The position numbers were made by a program, and so were the translations under genes. A DNA stretch of 60,895 nucleotides, from NCBI GenBank assembly GCA_021817065.1, contig JAKAWH010000003.1, positions 1 through 60,895 on the forward strand, in the 5' to 3' direction. The stretch comes from Actinomycetes bacterium. GTDB lineage: Bacteria > Actinomycetota > Acidimicrobiia > Acidimicrobiales > JAKAVM01. Below are positions 19,973 through 30,000 of the stretch, one piece after another; position 1 is the first letter of the stretch, and each line of letters begins with the position of its first letter. The notes beneath the pieces were generated by a model. It was not told the DNA's origin. It worked only from the letters and a program-made list of their open reading frames with translations, and did no database searches.

Positions 19973-21916
19973 CTATCCTCCTGATCCCACGTTGGCCGCG
20001 TCTCCGAAGGCCCAGACTTCCCCGGCGCGGTCGGCCAGCCAGTACCCACCCCCATCGGGGGTAAATGCGACGGCCACGATTGGACTGACCAATGTCACCG
20101 CGTTGGAGCCCCCCGGCGGCGACGAAGGATTCACCTGACCCATGGAGCCCCAATACAGGGCATCGCCGTAGGTGTAGACATCGCCCGAACTGTCGACCAC
20201 CAGGTAACCCTTGCCGCTCGGTGTGGCTGCCATCCCCACCGTCGGAGCCAGTACCTGCATGGCATTGCTCCCCCCCGGCGAAACGGTGGGATTAACCTGG
20301 CCCAAAGAGCCCTCGAAAAGAGCGTCGCCATAGGTGAAGATGCCCCCGTCGGAAGCGACCAGCCAGTACCCACCCCCGTCGGGAGTGGCGGCCATGCCGA
20401 CAATCGGCTTGGCCAGGGGCAATGCACCGGCCGACCCGAAGAAGCCCGCATCGCCGAAAGTGAAGACGCCCCCGTCGGAAGCCACTTCCCAGTAACCCCT
20501 CCCGTCGGGAGTCGCTGCCATGCCGACAATCGGCTTGGCCAGGTTGACCGCGTTGGACCCACCCGGCGGTGCGGATGGATCGAGCTGGCTGGGGCCCCCG
20601 AAGTAGCCGGCCCCACCGAAGGTATAGAGATCACCGAAGCCGTCGACCAGCCAGTAGCCGCCTCCGCTGGGAGTGGATGCCATTCCTACCACAGCTCCCC
20701 CGAGTGTTATCGACGATGCATCCCCGAATGGCTGGGCGTCGCCCTGATTGGCGACCGCGCCCGCTGCTGAAGCAAGCCAGTAGCCAGCGCCGTCGGGGGT
20801 GGACCGAATGGAGACCACCGGGGAGGAGGCCACGGCCACCCCCGCCGGACCGCATCCGGTGGCGATGGAGGAACCAGCGACTCCCGAGCCCAGGTCGATG
20901 GGGGTGACGCCACAGGAGAATCCGTCCGCCACGTAGGCGGTCGAGCCGTCCGGAGTGATTGCGATACCCCAAGGGCCCGGGCCCACCGTGATGGGGGATC
21001 CCGGAGTGTTGGTCGCCAGGTTGATCGGGGTGACCGTACCCGGGGTGCTCGAGGACCCCGCATCGATGCTCGCATTGCGATCGGTGACATACGCCGTGCT
21101 CCCGTCGGGGGTTATTGCGATGTCCATCGGGGTGGTCCCCACCGCGATGGGGCTACCCGGCGTGTTGGTCGCCAGGTCGATCGGGGTAACCGTGTTGCCG
21201 TCGGCGTTGGCCACGTAAGCCGTCCGCCCGTCGGGGGTTATGGCGATCGCCAGGGGGAACGCACCCACCGGAATCGACGCACCCACCGCCTCGGTTGCGA
21301 GATCGATGGGAGTGACCAGGTTCTTGTCGGCATCGGTCACGTAGGCGGTCCGCCCGTCGGGGGTAATGGCGATCCCAGCAGGTCCCGACGGCACCGGTAT
21401 CGGCCAGCCGGCCCGGCCGGTGGCGAGATCGATGGGGCTGACCGTGTTGTCGGTGTTGTTGGCGACGTAGGCAGTCCTCCCGTCGGGGGTAATGGCGATC
21501 GCCCACGGGCCGAACCCGACGGTGATCGGTGCACCCGCCACACCTGTCGCCAGGTTGATCGGGGTGACCGTGTTCCCGACCGCCGCCGACGACGGGGACC
21601 GGTTGGTCCCGTAGTCGGTCACGTATGCGGTCCTTCCGTCGGGGGTGACGGCGATCCCGAACGGACCGCCACCGGTGTTCTGAATGACCGGCCCGGGGGA
21701 ATTGCTGGCCGAGTCGATTGGGGTGACTCCCCCGCTGAAATCGTCGGTGACATAAACGGTGGGCGAGGGAAGACCATGCGACGTGGAAGTTGCGCGGGGG
21801 GCCGGCAGCGCGCCGGCGAGCAGTGGTCCGCCGCCCGCGAGGTACAGGACCGGCCAACCCACAATCGCAGCGGTCAGGAAGGCCACCAGCCGCAACAGGC
21901 GCACGCGCACGCTCAC
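19973..21916 (-). CDS. membrane-anchored or secreted protein with two repeat propeller modules
   Basis: The N-terminus has a hydrophobic anchor (LLRLVAFLTAAIVGWPVLYLAGG). About 7 repeats of ITPDGRTAYV(T/A)(D/N)...VTPIDLATN...I.VG..P.GIA follow (YVTN-type blades). Then come 6 repeats of VGMAATPDG.GYW.V.SDGG.FTFGDA.F.GS. The GTG at 21916 overlaps the asnB stop (GTGA). Confidence 0.75.
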   Translation of the reverse strand: MSVRVRLLRLVAFLTAAIVGWPVLYLAGGGPLLAGALPAPRATSTSHGLPSPTVYVTDDFSGGVTPIDSASNSPGPVIQNTGGGPFGIAVTPDGRTAYVTDYGTNRSPSSAAVGNTVTPINLATGVAGAPITVGFGPWAIAITPDGRTAYVANNTDNTVSPIDLATGRAGWPIPVPSGPAGIAITPDGRTAYVTDADKNLVTPIDLATEAVGASIPVGAFPLAIAITPDGRTAYVANADGNTVTPIDLATNTPGSPIAVGTTPMDIAITPDGSTAYVTDRNASIDAGSSSTPGTVTPINLATNTPGSPITVGPGPWGIAITPDGSTAYVADGFSCGVTPIDLGSGVAGSSIATGCGPAGVAVASSPVVSIRSTPDGAGYWLASAAGAVANQGDAQPFGDASSITLGGAVVGMASTPSGGGYWLVDGFGDLYTFGGAGYFGGPSQLDPSAPPGGSNAVNLAKPIVGMAATPDGRGYWEVASDGGVFTFGDAGFFGSAGALPLAKPIVGMAATPDGGGYWLVASDGGIFTYGDALFEGSLGQVNPTVSPGGSNAMQVLAPTVGMAATPSGKGYLVVDSSGDVYTYGDALYWGSMGQVNPSSPPGGSNAVTLVSPIVAVAFTPDGGGYWLADRAGEVWAFGDAANVGSGG

Positions 21917-23751
21917 CGATGCCCCAGTGCCACCGGAGCATCCACGAAGCGGCGCATCCACAGCTCGGCAACCAGCGCCCTCCAGAAGATCAAGCCGTCA
22001 CCGGGTTTGCCTGCTTGCCACGCGTCGAACTCGGCGACCAGCCGCTTGGGATCGAACACCCCCCGCTCGGCGGTCCTCGAGTCGGCGAAGATCCGGAGGA
22101 TCGAATCGGCGCGATCCTTCATCCACCCGACCTCCGGATTGGTAAAGCCGATCTTGGACCTGCGGGTTCGGTTCTTCTCAGGCATCCTCCCCTTCATCGC
22201 CTGCCGGTAAACGTAACGGTTCCATCCTCGCTTGATCTTCTGGTCGATCGGGAGCGCGAAAATGAACTCGACAAGCTCGTGATCCAGAAATGGAACCCGC
22301 GACTCGATGGAAAAAGCCATAGAGTTCTTGTCCTCATAGCGCAGCAGGTTCGGCGTCGAATATCGCGTCACATCGTCGGCGAGGCGCCGGTTCAGGTTCC
22401 GGCTCGCCGAGTAGTCGAATGCGGCCAGGGCGGATGGCGATGAGGCCAGAACCGATCGCATGGAAAGAGTGTCGGGAGCTCCCGGCCGCCGGGTTCGCCA
22501 CACCTCAGCGAAATACTTTGAGTAGAGGTCCCACCCACGAACGGTTTCCCGGACCGCCGAGCCGATGCGGTGCTGAGAGAGAGCTGAGGTGAGGTAGGCA
22601 TAGAAATACGGGATGTATCCGGCCAAGAGCTCGTCTCCCCCGTTGCCCGATAGAATCACCTTGACGTTGCCCTTCGCGATGCGATATACAGAGTAATAGG
22701 CGTACGGCGCGGAGGATATGGTGGGTTCTTCCTGGTACCAGATCCACTCGTCGATCTCGCTCCAGAACTCCTCGACTGAGGGATACGCGTAATGGGGCAC
22801 GGAGCCCACGTACCGCTCGACTTCGTGAATGTAATCGCTTTCGTCGATCGTCTGCCCAGGATAGAGCGCCGAGAAGGTGTGAAGCGTTCCACGAGTGTGG
22901 GTATCGGCACCGGTGCCCATCAGGGCAGCCATCACCGACGAGACCCCGCTTGAGTCAAGCCCACCCGAAAGCGACACCCCTACCGCCACGTCGGAAATCA
23001 TGTGGCGGCGGATCACCCGAGTGAATAGGTCGGCAAAAGCCTCCGCATAGGACGCGTCGGATAGATGGCCGGAAAATTCGGTGTTGACCTCCGGGTACCA
23101 GTACCGCTGGATCCGCCTTATCCCCGACGGCCCCACGATCATCCAATGGCCAGGCTGCAGGCGCTTGATCCCCCGGAAGAAAGTGTCCTCCCGGTCGTCG
23201 TGGACCCGGTACAGGAGAAAGCGGTGAAGGACGTCTAGATCAGGTGCGCGCTCCACGTCCGGGTCCTGCAAGAGCGCCTTGATCTCGGAGGCGAAAGCTA
23301 CCTTGCTCCCGCGGGCACGGTAGTACAGGGGCTTGATTCCAAGCCGGTCCCGGGCGATGAACAACTCGCGTCTTGCCGGGTCGGCGATGGCGAAGGCGAA
23401 CATTCCGGTCAGGCGGGATACGCAGGCGGTTCCCCACTCTTCGTAGGCCTTGAGGATAGTCTCGGTGTCCGAATGGTCCGAGGCAAATCGGTGCCCCTTG
23501 GATGCCAGTTCCGCCCTCAGCTCAGGACTGTTGTACAGCTCGCCGTTGAAGACGATGCAGCAGGCACTCTCCTTGGAGTAGAGGGGTTGCTCGCCGCCTT
23601 CGATGTCGACGATGGAAAGCCGCCTCATCCCGATGGAGAAATCGGCACCCACCTCGATGCCCCACGAATCGGGACCGCGGTGCTCGATTGAGGTGAGCAT
23701 CCTCTCCAGAAGATCACGATCGGTACCGGTAACGCCGGCGATGCCGCACAC
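21913..23751 (-). CDS. asnB: asparagine synthase (glutamine-hydrolysing) family amidotransferase
   Basis: A GTG at 23751 followed by Cys (V-CGIAGV) gives the Ntn catalytic Cys2. The PP-loop SLSGGLDSS is present. 612 aa. The longer track ORF was trimmed. Confidence 0.85.
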   Translation of the reverse strand: MCGIAGVTGTDRDLLERMLTSIEHRGPDSWGIEVGADFSIGMRRLSIVDIEGGEQPLYSKESACCIVFNGELYNSPELRAELASKGHRFASDHSDTETILKAYEEWGTACVSRLTGMFAFAIADPARRELFIARDRLGIKPLYYRARGSKVAFASEIKALLQDPDVERAPDLDVLHRFLLYRVHDDREDTFFRGIKRLQPGHWMIVGPSGIRRIQRYWYPEVNTEFSGHLSDASYAEAFADLFTRVIRRHMISDVAVGVSLSGGLDSSGVSSVMAALMGTGADTHTRGTLHTFSALYPGQTIDESDYIHEVERYVGSVPHYAYPSVEEFWSEIDEWIWYQEEPTISSAPYAYYSVYRIAKGNVKVILSGNGGDELLAGYIPYFYAYLTSALSQHRIGSAVRETVRGWDLYSKYFAEVWRTRRPGAPDTLSMRSVLASSPSALAAFDYSASRNLNRRLADDVTRYSTPNLLRYEDKNSMAFSIESRVPFLDHELVEFIFALPIDQKIKRGWNRYVYRQAMKGRMPEKNRTRRSKIGFTNPEVGWMKDRADSILRIFADSRTAERGVFDPKRLVAEFDAWQAGKPGDGLIFWRALVAELWMRRFVDAPVALGHR

Positions 23752-23814
23752 GCCAGCCGAGCATACAGTGGCGGCATGGGAACTCCGCTTACCCAAGGAA
23801 ATTCGGATCCGGCG

Positions 23815-24543
23815 ATGACTCTGTGCATCGACATCGGCGGGACCGGCCTCAAAGCCGCCGTCCTCGCCGAGGACGGAACCATGGCGGGTGATATCGCTCG
23901 AACCCCCACCACCTATCCGATGTCGCCGGACAAGCTTGTCGAGGAACTGGCCGGCCTGGCCGGGCATCTCCCTTCCCACCACCGGGCCTCAGCAGGCTTT
24001 CCCGGCATGGTCCGCTCCGGCGTCGTTCTTTCGGCACCCCATTTCGTCACCAAGTCCGGGCCGGGCTCCGAACTCGATCCCGAGCTGCAGGCGAGATGGT
24101 CTGGATATGACCTGGCTGCGGCGCTCTCTGCAAAGCTGGGCTGCCCCACCCGGGTGGACAACGACGCCGACCAGCAGGGTGCCGCGGTCGTCCTGGGACG
24201 TGGTCTGGAGATGGTGATCACCCTGGGAACTGGCTTCGGTACTGCGCTCTTCTCTGATGGGAAGCTGTGCCCCCATCTGGAGATCGCCCACCAGCCCTTC
24301 CGTCACGGGCAGACCTACAACGAGGCCATCGGGGAAGCCGCTCGCAAAGATCTGGGGAATGAGCGGTGGTCGGAGCTGGTGGCGCGGGCGGTAACCAACA
24401 TGGAGGCGCTCACGTTCTACGACCATCTTTACGTGGGGGGCGGCAACGCCAAGAAGCTCAAGGTCGACCTGGGTTCCAAGGTGACCCTGGTGGACAACGT
24501 CTCCGGGATTCTGGGCGGGGTCAAGCTCTGGGCGATGAGCTGA
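23815..24543 (+). CDS. ppgK: ROK-family polyphosphate/ATP glucokinase-like protein
   Basis: MTLCIDIGGTGLKAAV, NDADQQG and a short ROK lacking the Cys zinc motif, as in PpgK. ATG at 23815. Confidence 0.65.
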   Translation: MTLCIDIGGTGLKAAVLAEDGTMAGDIARTPTTYPMSPDKLVEELAGLAGHLPSHHRASAGFPGMVRSGVVLSAPHFVTKSGPGSELDPELQARWSGYDLAAALSAKLGCPTRVDNDADQQGAAVVLGRGLEMVITLGTGFGTALFSDGKLCPHLEIAHQPFRHGQTYNEAIGEAARKDLGNERWSELVARAVTNMEALTFYDHLYVGGGNAKKLKVDLGSKVTLVDNVSGILGGVKLWAMS

Positions 24544-24578
24544 CGGTACCGAGGAAAGTCACTCGCAGCGACCAGGGC

Positions 24579-25553
24579 CTACCCGCCCACCCCGGAGCTG
24601 AGGAGCGAGAGTACCCGCTCGAGATCAGAGGGCAGCGGAGAAGTGAAGGAGAGCGGCTTTCCGGACACCGGGTGGGCGAAAGCCAGCTCGGCAGCATGGA
24701 GAAATGGCCTGTCCAGCTCGATAGTCCCACCCGGATCGCGCCGACGGGTGATCCCGCCCCCATATCGGGAGTCCCCCACCACCGGATGGCCGAGTGCGGA
24801 GAGGTGGACCCGGATCTGGTGGGTGCGCCCCGAGTCCAGAGTAGCAGTGAGCAGGGTTGCCGATACGGGTGACGCGAACCTCGTCTCGACCCGGAAGCGG
24901 GTCACCGCGGGCTTTCCGGCGGCCGACACGGCCATCAAGGTCCGATCGCGAGCAGATCGGCCGACCGGGGCGTCGATGATCGCCTCGTCGTCGTCGAATG
25001 CCCCCCACCCCAGGACGGTGTAGATCCGCCGTACCTCACGTCCGGCGATCTTGGCAGTGAGACTATGGAAGCTCCTCTCGGAGAGGGCAGCCACCATCAG
25101 CCCCGAGGTCCCCTTGTCGAGCCGGTGGACGATCCCCGGCCGCGCCGGATCACAGACTCCTTGTTCGACCAGAAGGCCCACGGCCGGATAGCGAGCGACA
25201 AGGCCGTTCACCAGGGTCCCCGCAGCGGTGCCCGCTCCCGGATGGACAACCAGGCCGGCTGGCTTGTCGATCACCGCGATGTCCTCGTCCTCGTATACGA
25301 CCGCGAGCACCAGAGCAGAGTCCCCCTGGATCGGACCGGCGGGAACCGGGTCCGGCGAGTTGAGGTCGATCCGGCTCCCCACCCGGACCGGCCGCGAGGC
25401 CTGGCCAACGATTGCGCCGTCCAACCGGACATCTCCCGCCCCGATCCGCTGTGCCACCTCGCTCCGCGACATGCCAGTGAGGGCTGCGACCGCCCGGTCG
25501 ATTCGCACCCCAGCGAGGGATGCGGGAACGGTGAGCCCGACCGGCCCGCTCAC
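24579..25553 (-). CDS. rluD: RluA-family 23S rRNA pseudouridine synthase
   Basis: N-terminal S4-like segment and catalytic HRLDKGTSGLMV. It is conserved downstream of lspA. Confidence 0.85.
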   Translation of the reverse strand: MSGPVGLTVPASLAGVRIDRAVAALTGMSRSEVAQRIGAGDVRLDGAIVGQASRPVRVGSRIDLNSPDPVPAGPIQGDSALVLAVVYEDEDIAVIDKPAGLVVHPGAGTAAGTLVNGLVARYPAVGLLVEQGVCDPARPGIVHRLDKGTSGLMVAALSERSFHSLTAKIAGREVRRIYTVLGWGAFDDDEAIIDAPVGRSARDRTLMAVSAAGKPAVTRFRVETRFASPVSATLLTATLDSGRTHQIRVHLSALGHPVVGDSRYGGGITRRRDPGGTIELDRPFLHAAELAFAHPVSGKPLSFTSPLPSDLERVLSLLSSGVGG

Positions 25554-25605
25554 AACAGTCCACCGTGAGCGGTTTCTGCTCGCCCTCTCGGCGTATCCGA
25601 CCCGC

Positions 25606-26067
25606 TCACGCCGGCTCGGACGGAACTGGCCTGCGCTGCCAGGCCAGCATCACCGCCAGGACGACCACGCCGATGGTGATGCACGCGTCAGCCAGATTGA
25701 AGGTGGGCCAAAAGCTCGTCCAGATGAAGTCGATCACGGAACCGTGGTTATCGCGAAATACCCGATCTGCAAGGTTGCCCAGCGCCCCGCCGGCCAGCAT
25801 CCCTCCGGCGATGACCACCGTCCACGAGGACGCCCGTCTGGTGACCACGAAGATGGCCACCACAGCTAGTACGGCAAGGATCGCCAGCGCCGGCGCCAAT
25901 CCCCTTCCGAGGGAAAAGGCAGCTCCCGAGTTGTAGGTGAGGCGAAACCATACCGGTCCGAGAACGTGGCGCGAGTGGTACGCCAGATGGTCCTCTGCCC
26001 AGGTCTTGGACGCCTGGTCGGCGGTCACCACCGCCGCCGCGACACAAGCGGCCAGCAGGAGCCTCAG
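25606..26067 (-). CDS. lspA: lipoprotein signal peptidase II
   Basis: DQASKTW, NSGAAFS, GGALGNLADR and FNLADACI motifs are present. The first canonical start (GTG at 26031) removes TM1. An in-frame CTG at 26067 overlapping the upstream stop (CTGA) would restore RLLLAACVAAAVV. The 5' end is therefore uncertain. Confidence 0.8.
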   Translation of the reverse strand: MRLLLAACVAAAVVTADQASKTWAEDHLAYHSRHVLGPVWFRLTYNSGAAFSLGRGLAPALAILAVLAVVAIFVVTRRASSWTVVIAGGMLAGGALGNLADRVFRDNHGSVIDFIWTSFWPTFNLADACITIGVVVLAVMLAWQRRPVPSEPA

Positions 26068-26879
26068 CGGCGGGCCACCAGACTGCCGCTCTTACACGCC
26101 ACGCACAGCCGCGCCTGGGGAATCGCCTTGAGCCGAGCCTTCGGAATGGGCTGGTAGCAACTCTCGCAGGCTCCGTACACCTTGTCCTCGATCTTTGCCA
26201 ATGCGTGGTCGATCTCCTCGACCTCGCCGAGGGCCTGGGCAGACAGCATCAGGTCAACTTCGCGGTCGATGTTCCCGGTTCCCCCCTCGCCGGACTCCTC
26301 GTCGAACTGGGCTTCCCCAGGCTCCTTCTCTTCGGCAAGGGCGTCAGCCTCTTCCCGGAGGCGTTGGGCCTGCTCGAGATAGGTCAACCGCTCCGCCTCC
26401 AGGAGGAGCCTCTGCTCGGCGAGGAACTTGTCGTCCACACCGGGAACTCCCTCCCCCTTGCGGGGAGGGGTTGCCTTCTCCACCCCACCGGTCACCAGGA
26501 TGGCCGGCCTGCTCGGGGTGGGGGCCTTCTCTTCCTTTGCCGGCAGGGTCACGGCCAGGGAAGCTGCCGTGCTAGCCGGTTCCTTGGTGGCCGGAGACTT
26601 CTTCGCCGGTTCCTTGGTAGCTGCAGCCTTCTTGGCCTTCGAGGTGGCGGGGGACTTCTTCGCCGGTTCCTTGATGGCGGGGGCCTTCTTGGCCTTCGAG
26701 GTGGCGGGGGACTTCTTCGCCGGTTCCTTGGTGGCGGGGGCCTTCTTGGCCGTCGAGGTGGCGGGGGACTTCTTCGCCGGTTCCTTGGTGGCGGGGGCCT
26801 GTGCCTTGGTGGTGGAGACGCCCTTGGACCCCGTGGCCTTGCCAGTCCGATCCTGTCTCTTGGTTCCGAAGATCGGCAT
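26064..26879 (-). CDS. DksA/TraR C4 zinc-finger protein with a Lys/Ala/Pro-rich histone-H1-like N-terminal repeat tail
   Basis: The C-terminus has a coiled coil plus CESCYQPIPKARLKAIPQARLCVACK (CxxC-N17-CxxC). The N-terminal ~110 aa consists of KEPAKKSPATSKAKKAPA(I/T) repeats. Confidence 0.8.
   Translation of the reverse strand: MPIFGTKRQDRTGKATGSKGVSTTKAQAPATKEPAKKSPATSTAKKAPATKEPAKKSPATSKAKKAPAIKEPAKKSPATSKAKKAAATKEPAKKSPATKEPASTAASLAVTLPAKEEKAPTPSRPAILVTGGVEKATPPRKGEGVPGVDDKFLAEQRLLLEAERLTYLEQAQRLREEADALAEEKEPGEAQFDEESGEGGTGNIDREVDLMLSAQALGEVEEIDHALAKIEDKVYGACESCYQPIPKARLKAIPQARLCVACKSGSLVARR
26584..26798. repeat. 57-bp tandem repeat, about 3.8 copies, in frame (19-aa KEPAKKSPATSKAKKAPAx units)
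   Basis: Units start at 26584, 26641, 26698 and 26755. The two central copies differ at only 2 positions. Confidence 0.9.
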
Positions 26880-27085
26880 CTGCTCGATTTCCTCTTCTCG
26901 TGCGCTGTCTTGCTCGGTGCTGCCGGCCCGTATTCACCTCAGGCTCAAGCGGGCCATCATAGGACCAACCCGGCTGGCCAGCAGACATTCCCCGCTCCAT
27001 AGTCCCTCGACGTCTGCGCGCTCTCCTCTTCGGCCGCTCGAAGTCCCACCAGGCACCGTGCCCCGTGCCGTTAGAGTCGTTACCC

Positions 27086-30000
27086 ATGCCCAGCCGCGCC
27101 GAGCACTCCTACCCGGAGGTTCCCCAGCAGCCCCACTGGCCGATCCTCGAAGAGGAGGTACTGAAGTACTGGGCGTCCGACGACACCTTCGCCGCCACGG
27201 TTCACCAGCGGGAAGCCGGAACCAATGAATACGTGTTCTACGACGGCCCTCCCTTCGCAAACGGGCTCCCCCACTACGGACATCTCCTCACCGGCTTCGT
27301 CAAGGACGCCGTTCCCCGCTACCAGACTATGAGGGGCCGGAGGGTAGAACGGCGTTTCGGTTGGGACTGCCACGGGCTCCCCGCCGAGGTGGAGGCCGAG
27401 AAGGAGCTGGGGCTGACCGGTCGGGCGGGCATCACCGGTCTCGGCATCGGTCAGTTCAACGATCACTGCCGGACGCTGGTCCTCCGCACCACCGACGCGT
27501 GGGAACACTTCGTGACCCGCCAGGCCCGCTGGGTGGACTTCGTCCACGACTACAAGACCATGGACCTTCCATACATGGAGTCGGTCATGTGGGCTTTCTC
27601 ACAGCTCTGGAAGAAGGGGCTTGCCTACGAGGGCTATCGAGTGCTCCCCTACTGCTGGGAGTGCGAGACCCCCCTCTCGAACTTCGAGACGCGCCAGGAC
27701 GACTCTTACCGTCCGCGCCAGGATCCTGCCCTTACCGTGTCCTTCACCCTGGGCGAGGACCTGCCCCCGGAATTGGCCGCGGTCGCCGGGAACCGGACGG
27801 TCAAGGCGATCGTGTGGACCACCACCCCGTGGACCCTTCCCTCCAACCTCGCTCTGAGCGTCGGGGCGGACATCGAGTACGCGATCGTCGACCGAGGCGG
27901 TGAGCTGTGGCTGCTCGCCACCACGCGGCTCGGCGCCTACGCTGGCGTTCTCGGCGACAGCCCAACGGTCGTCGGAACCGTTCCGGGATCCGCACTGGTC
28001 GGAGCCAGCTACCGGCCCCTTTTCCCATATTTTGCGGATCATCCGGGAGCCTTCCGGGTGCTGGCGGGCGACTTCGTGGGCGAGGAGGAAGGAACCGGGA
28101 TAGTCCACATCGCTCCCGGTTTCGGCGAGGACGATCAGCGTGTTTGCGACTCCAATGGCATCACGGTCGTGTGCCCGGTCGACGACCGGGGGCGCTTCAC
28201 CGCTCCTGTATCTGACTACGATGGGATGCAGGTGTTCGAGGCCAATGCTCCGATCGCACGGACCCTCAAGGCTGCCGGTGCGGTAGTGGCCCACGAGACG
28301 TACGAGCACTCCTATCCCCACTGCTGGCGCACCGACACCCCTCTCATCTACAAGGCGATGAGTTCGTGGTTCGTCGCGGTCACCGCGATCAAGGACCGGA
28401 TGGTCGAGCTCAATCGGCAGATAACCTGGGTTCCCGAGCACGTCCGCGACGGCGCGTTCGGCAAGTGGCTGGAGGGCGCGCGCGATTGGTCGATCAGCCG
28501 GAACCGGTTCTGGGGAGCACCGATTCCGGTTTGGAAGAGCGACGACCCTCGCTATCCGCGAATCGACGTATACGGCAGCCTCGACGAGTTGGAGAACGAC
28601 TTCGGGGTTCGACCGTCCGACCTCCACCGCCCGGACATCGACGCGCTGACCCGTCCCAATCCCGACGACCCCACCGGTGCATCGACAATGCGGCGGGTGC
28701 CTGACGTGCTCGACTGCTGGTTCGAATCGGGATCGATGCCCTTTGCGCAACTGCACTATCCCTTCGAGAACGCCGACCGGTTCGAATCGCACTTCCCGGC
28801 CGACTTCATCGTCGAATACATGGCACAGACCCGGGGCTGGTTCTACACCTTGCACGTGCTTTCCACGGCTCTTTTCGACTGCCCACCTTTTCGAAGCTGC
28901 ATCGCTCACGGCGTGGTGCTCGGCGACGACGGACGCAAGCTGTCCAAGCGCCTGGGAAACTATCCCGACCCACAGGAGGTATTCGACTCCTTCGGAGCCG
29001 ACGCAATGCGCTGGTTCCTCCTGTCCTCGGCGGTCCTGCGCGGCGGCGACATCGTGGTCGAGCGATCCGGAATGGCCGAGGCGGTACGGCAGGTGCTCAA
29101 CCCTATCTGGAATGCCTGGTACTTCCTCTCCCTCTACTCGGCCACCGACCGGGTGACCGGGAGGATCCGGACCGATCAGAGCGGTGTTCTCGATCGCTAC
29201 ATCCTCGCCAAGACCGCTTCCCTGGTGTCCGGGGTCACCGCCTCCCTCGATGCCTACGACCTACCCGGCGCCACCTCCCACATCGCCTCGTTCATCGATG
29301 CTTTGAACAACTGGTACATACGCCGGAGCCGCGACCGATTCTGGCGGGGATGGAACGGCACGGTTCCCGGTGACGGGATTAGTGACGATCCGGAAGACAA
29401 CGACAAGATTGACGCCTACGACACCCTCCACACCGTCCTGGAGGTGTTGCTGCGGGCGGTGGCGCCGCTCCTGCCGCTCCTCTCCGAGGCCATCTACCGG
29501 GGACTGACCGGTGCCCGCAGCGTCCACCTCGCAGATTGGCCGGCTCCCGCCGACCTGCCCTCCGACCCGGCTTTGGTCGAGACCATGGACCTGATCCGGG
29601 AGGCCTGCTCGGCCGCCCACTCGATCCGCAAAGCGTGCGGGCTCCGCGCCCGGCTCCCCCTCGCCTCGCTCACCGTGGCACACCCGGATGCCGAGCGCTT
29701 CCGGCCCTACGCAGAGCTGATCGCCGAGGAGGTCAACGTCAAGGAGGTCATCCTCACCGCCCAGGTATCTTCCCATGCCGATCAGGTGGTGAACGTGGTC
29801 CCCTCCGCCCTCGGACCGCGGTTGGGCCCGAAGACCCAGGAGGTCATCCGTGCAGTAAGGGCCGGCAATTGGAGACTGGACGGAGACGTCCTGGAGGCTG
29901 CGGGTGAACGGCTCGGATCCGGCGAGTTCGCGGTGAAATTGGAACCCCGCGACCCGGCAACGTCTCGCGCCCTGCCTGAGTCGAGCGGTGTCGTCATCCT

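Noticed and set aside
26880-27085. T-box leader upstream of ileS, as known for actinobacterial ileS.
   Set aside because: The 206-bp spacer contains an AUC triplet and a segment (GGCACCGTG) faintly resembling the T-box GGUACCGCG. The GGUGG/UGGN tRNA-acceptor-binding core and a recognisable Stem I are not evident by eye. A covariance-model scan (Rfam RF00230) would be needed to call it.
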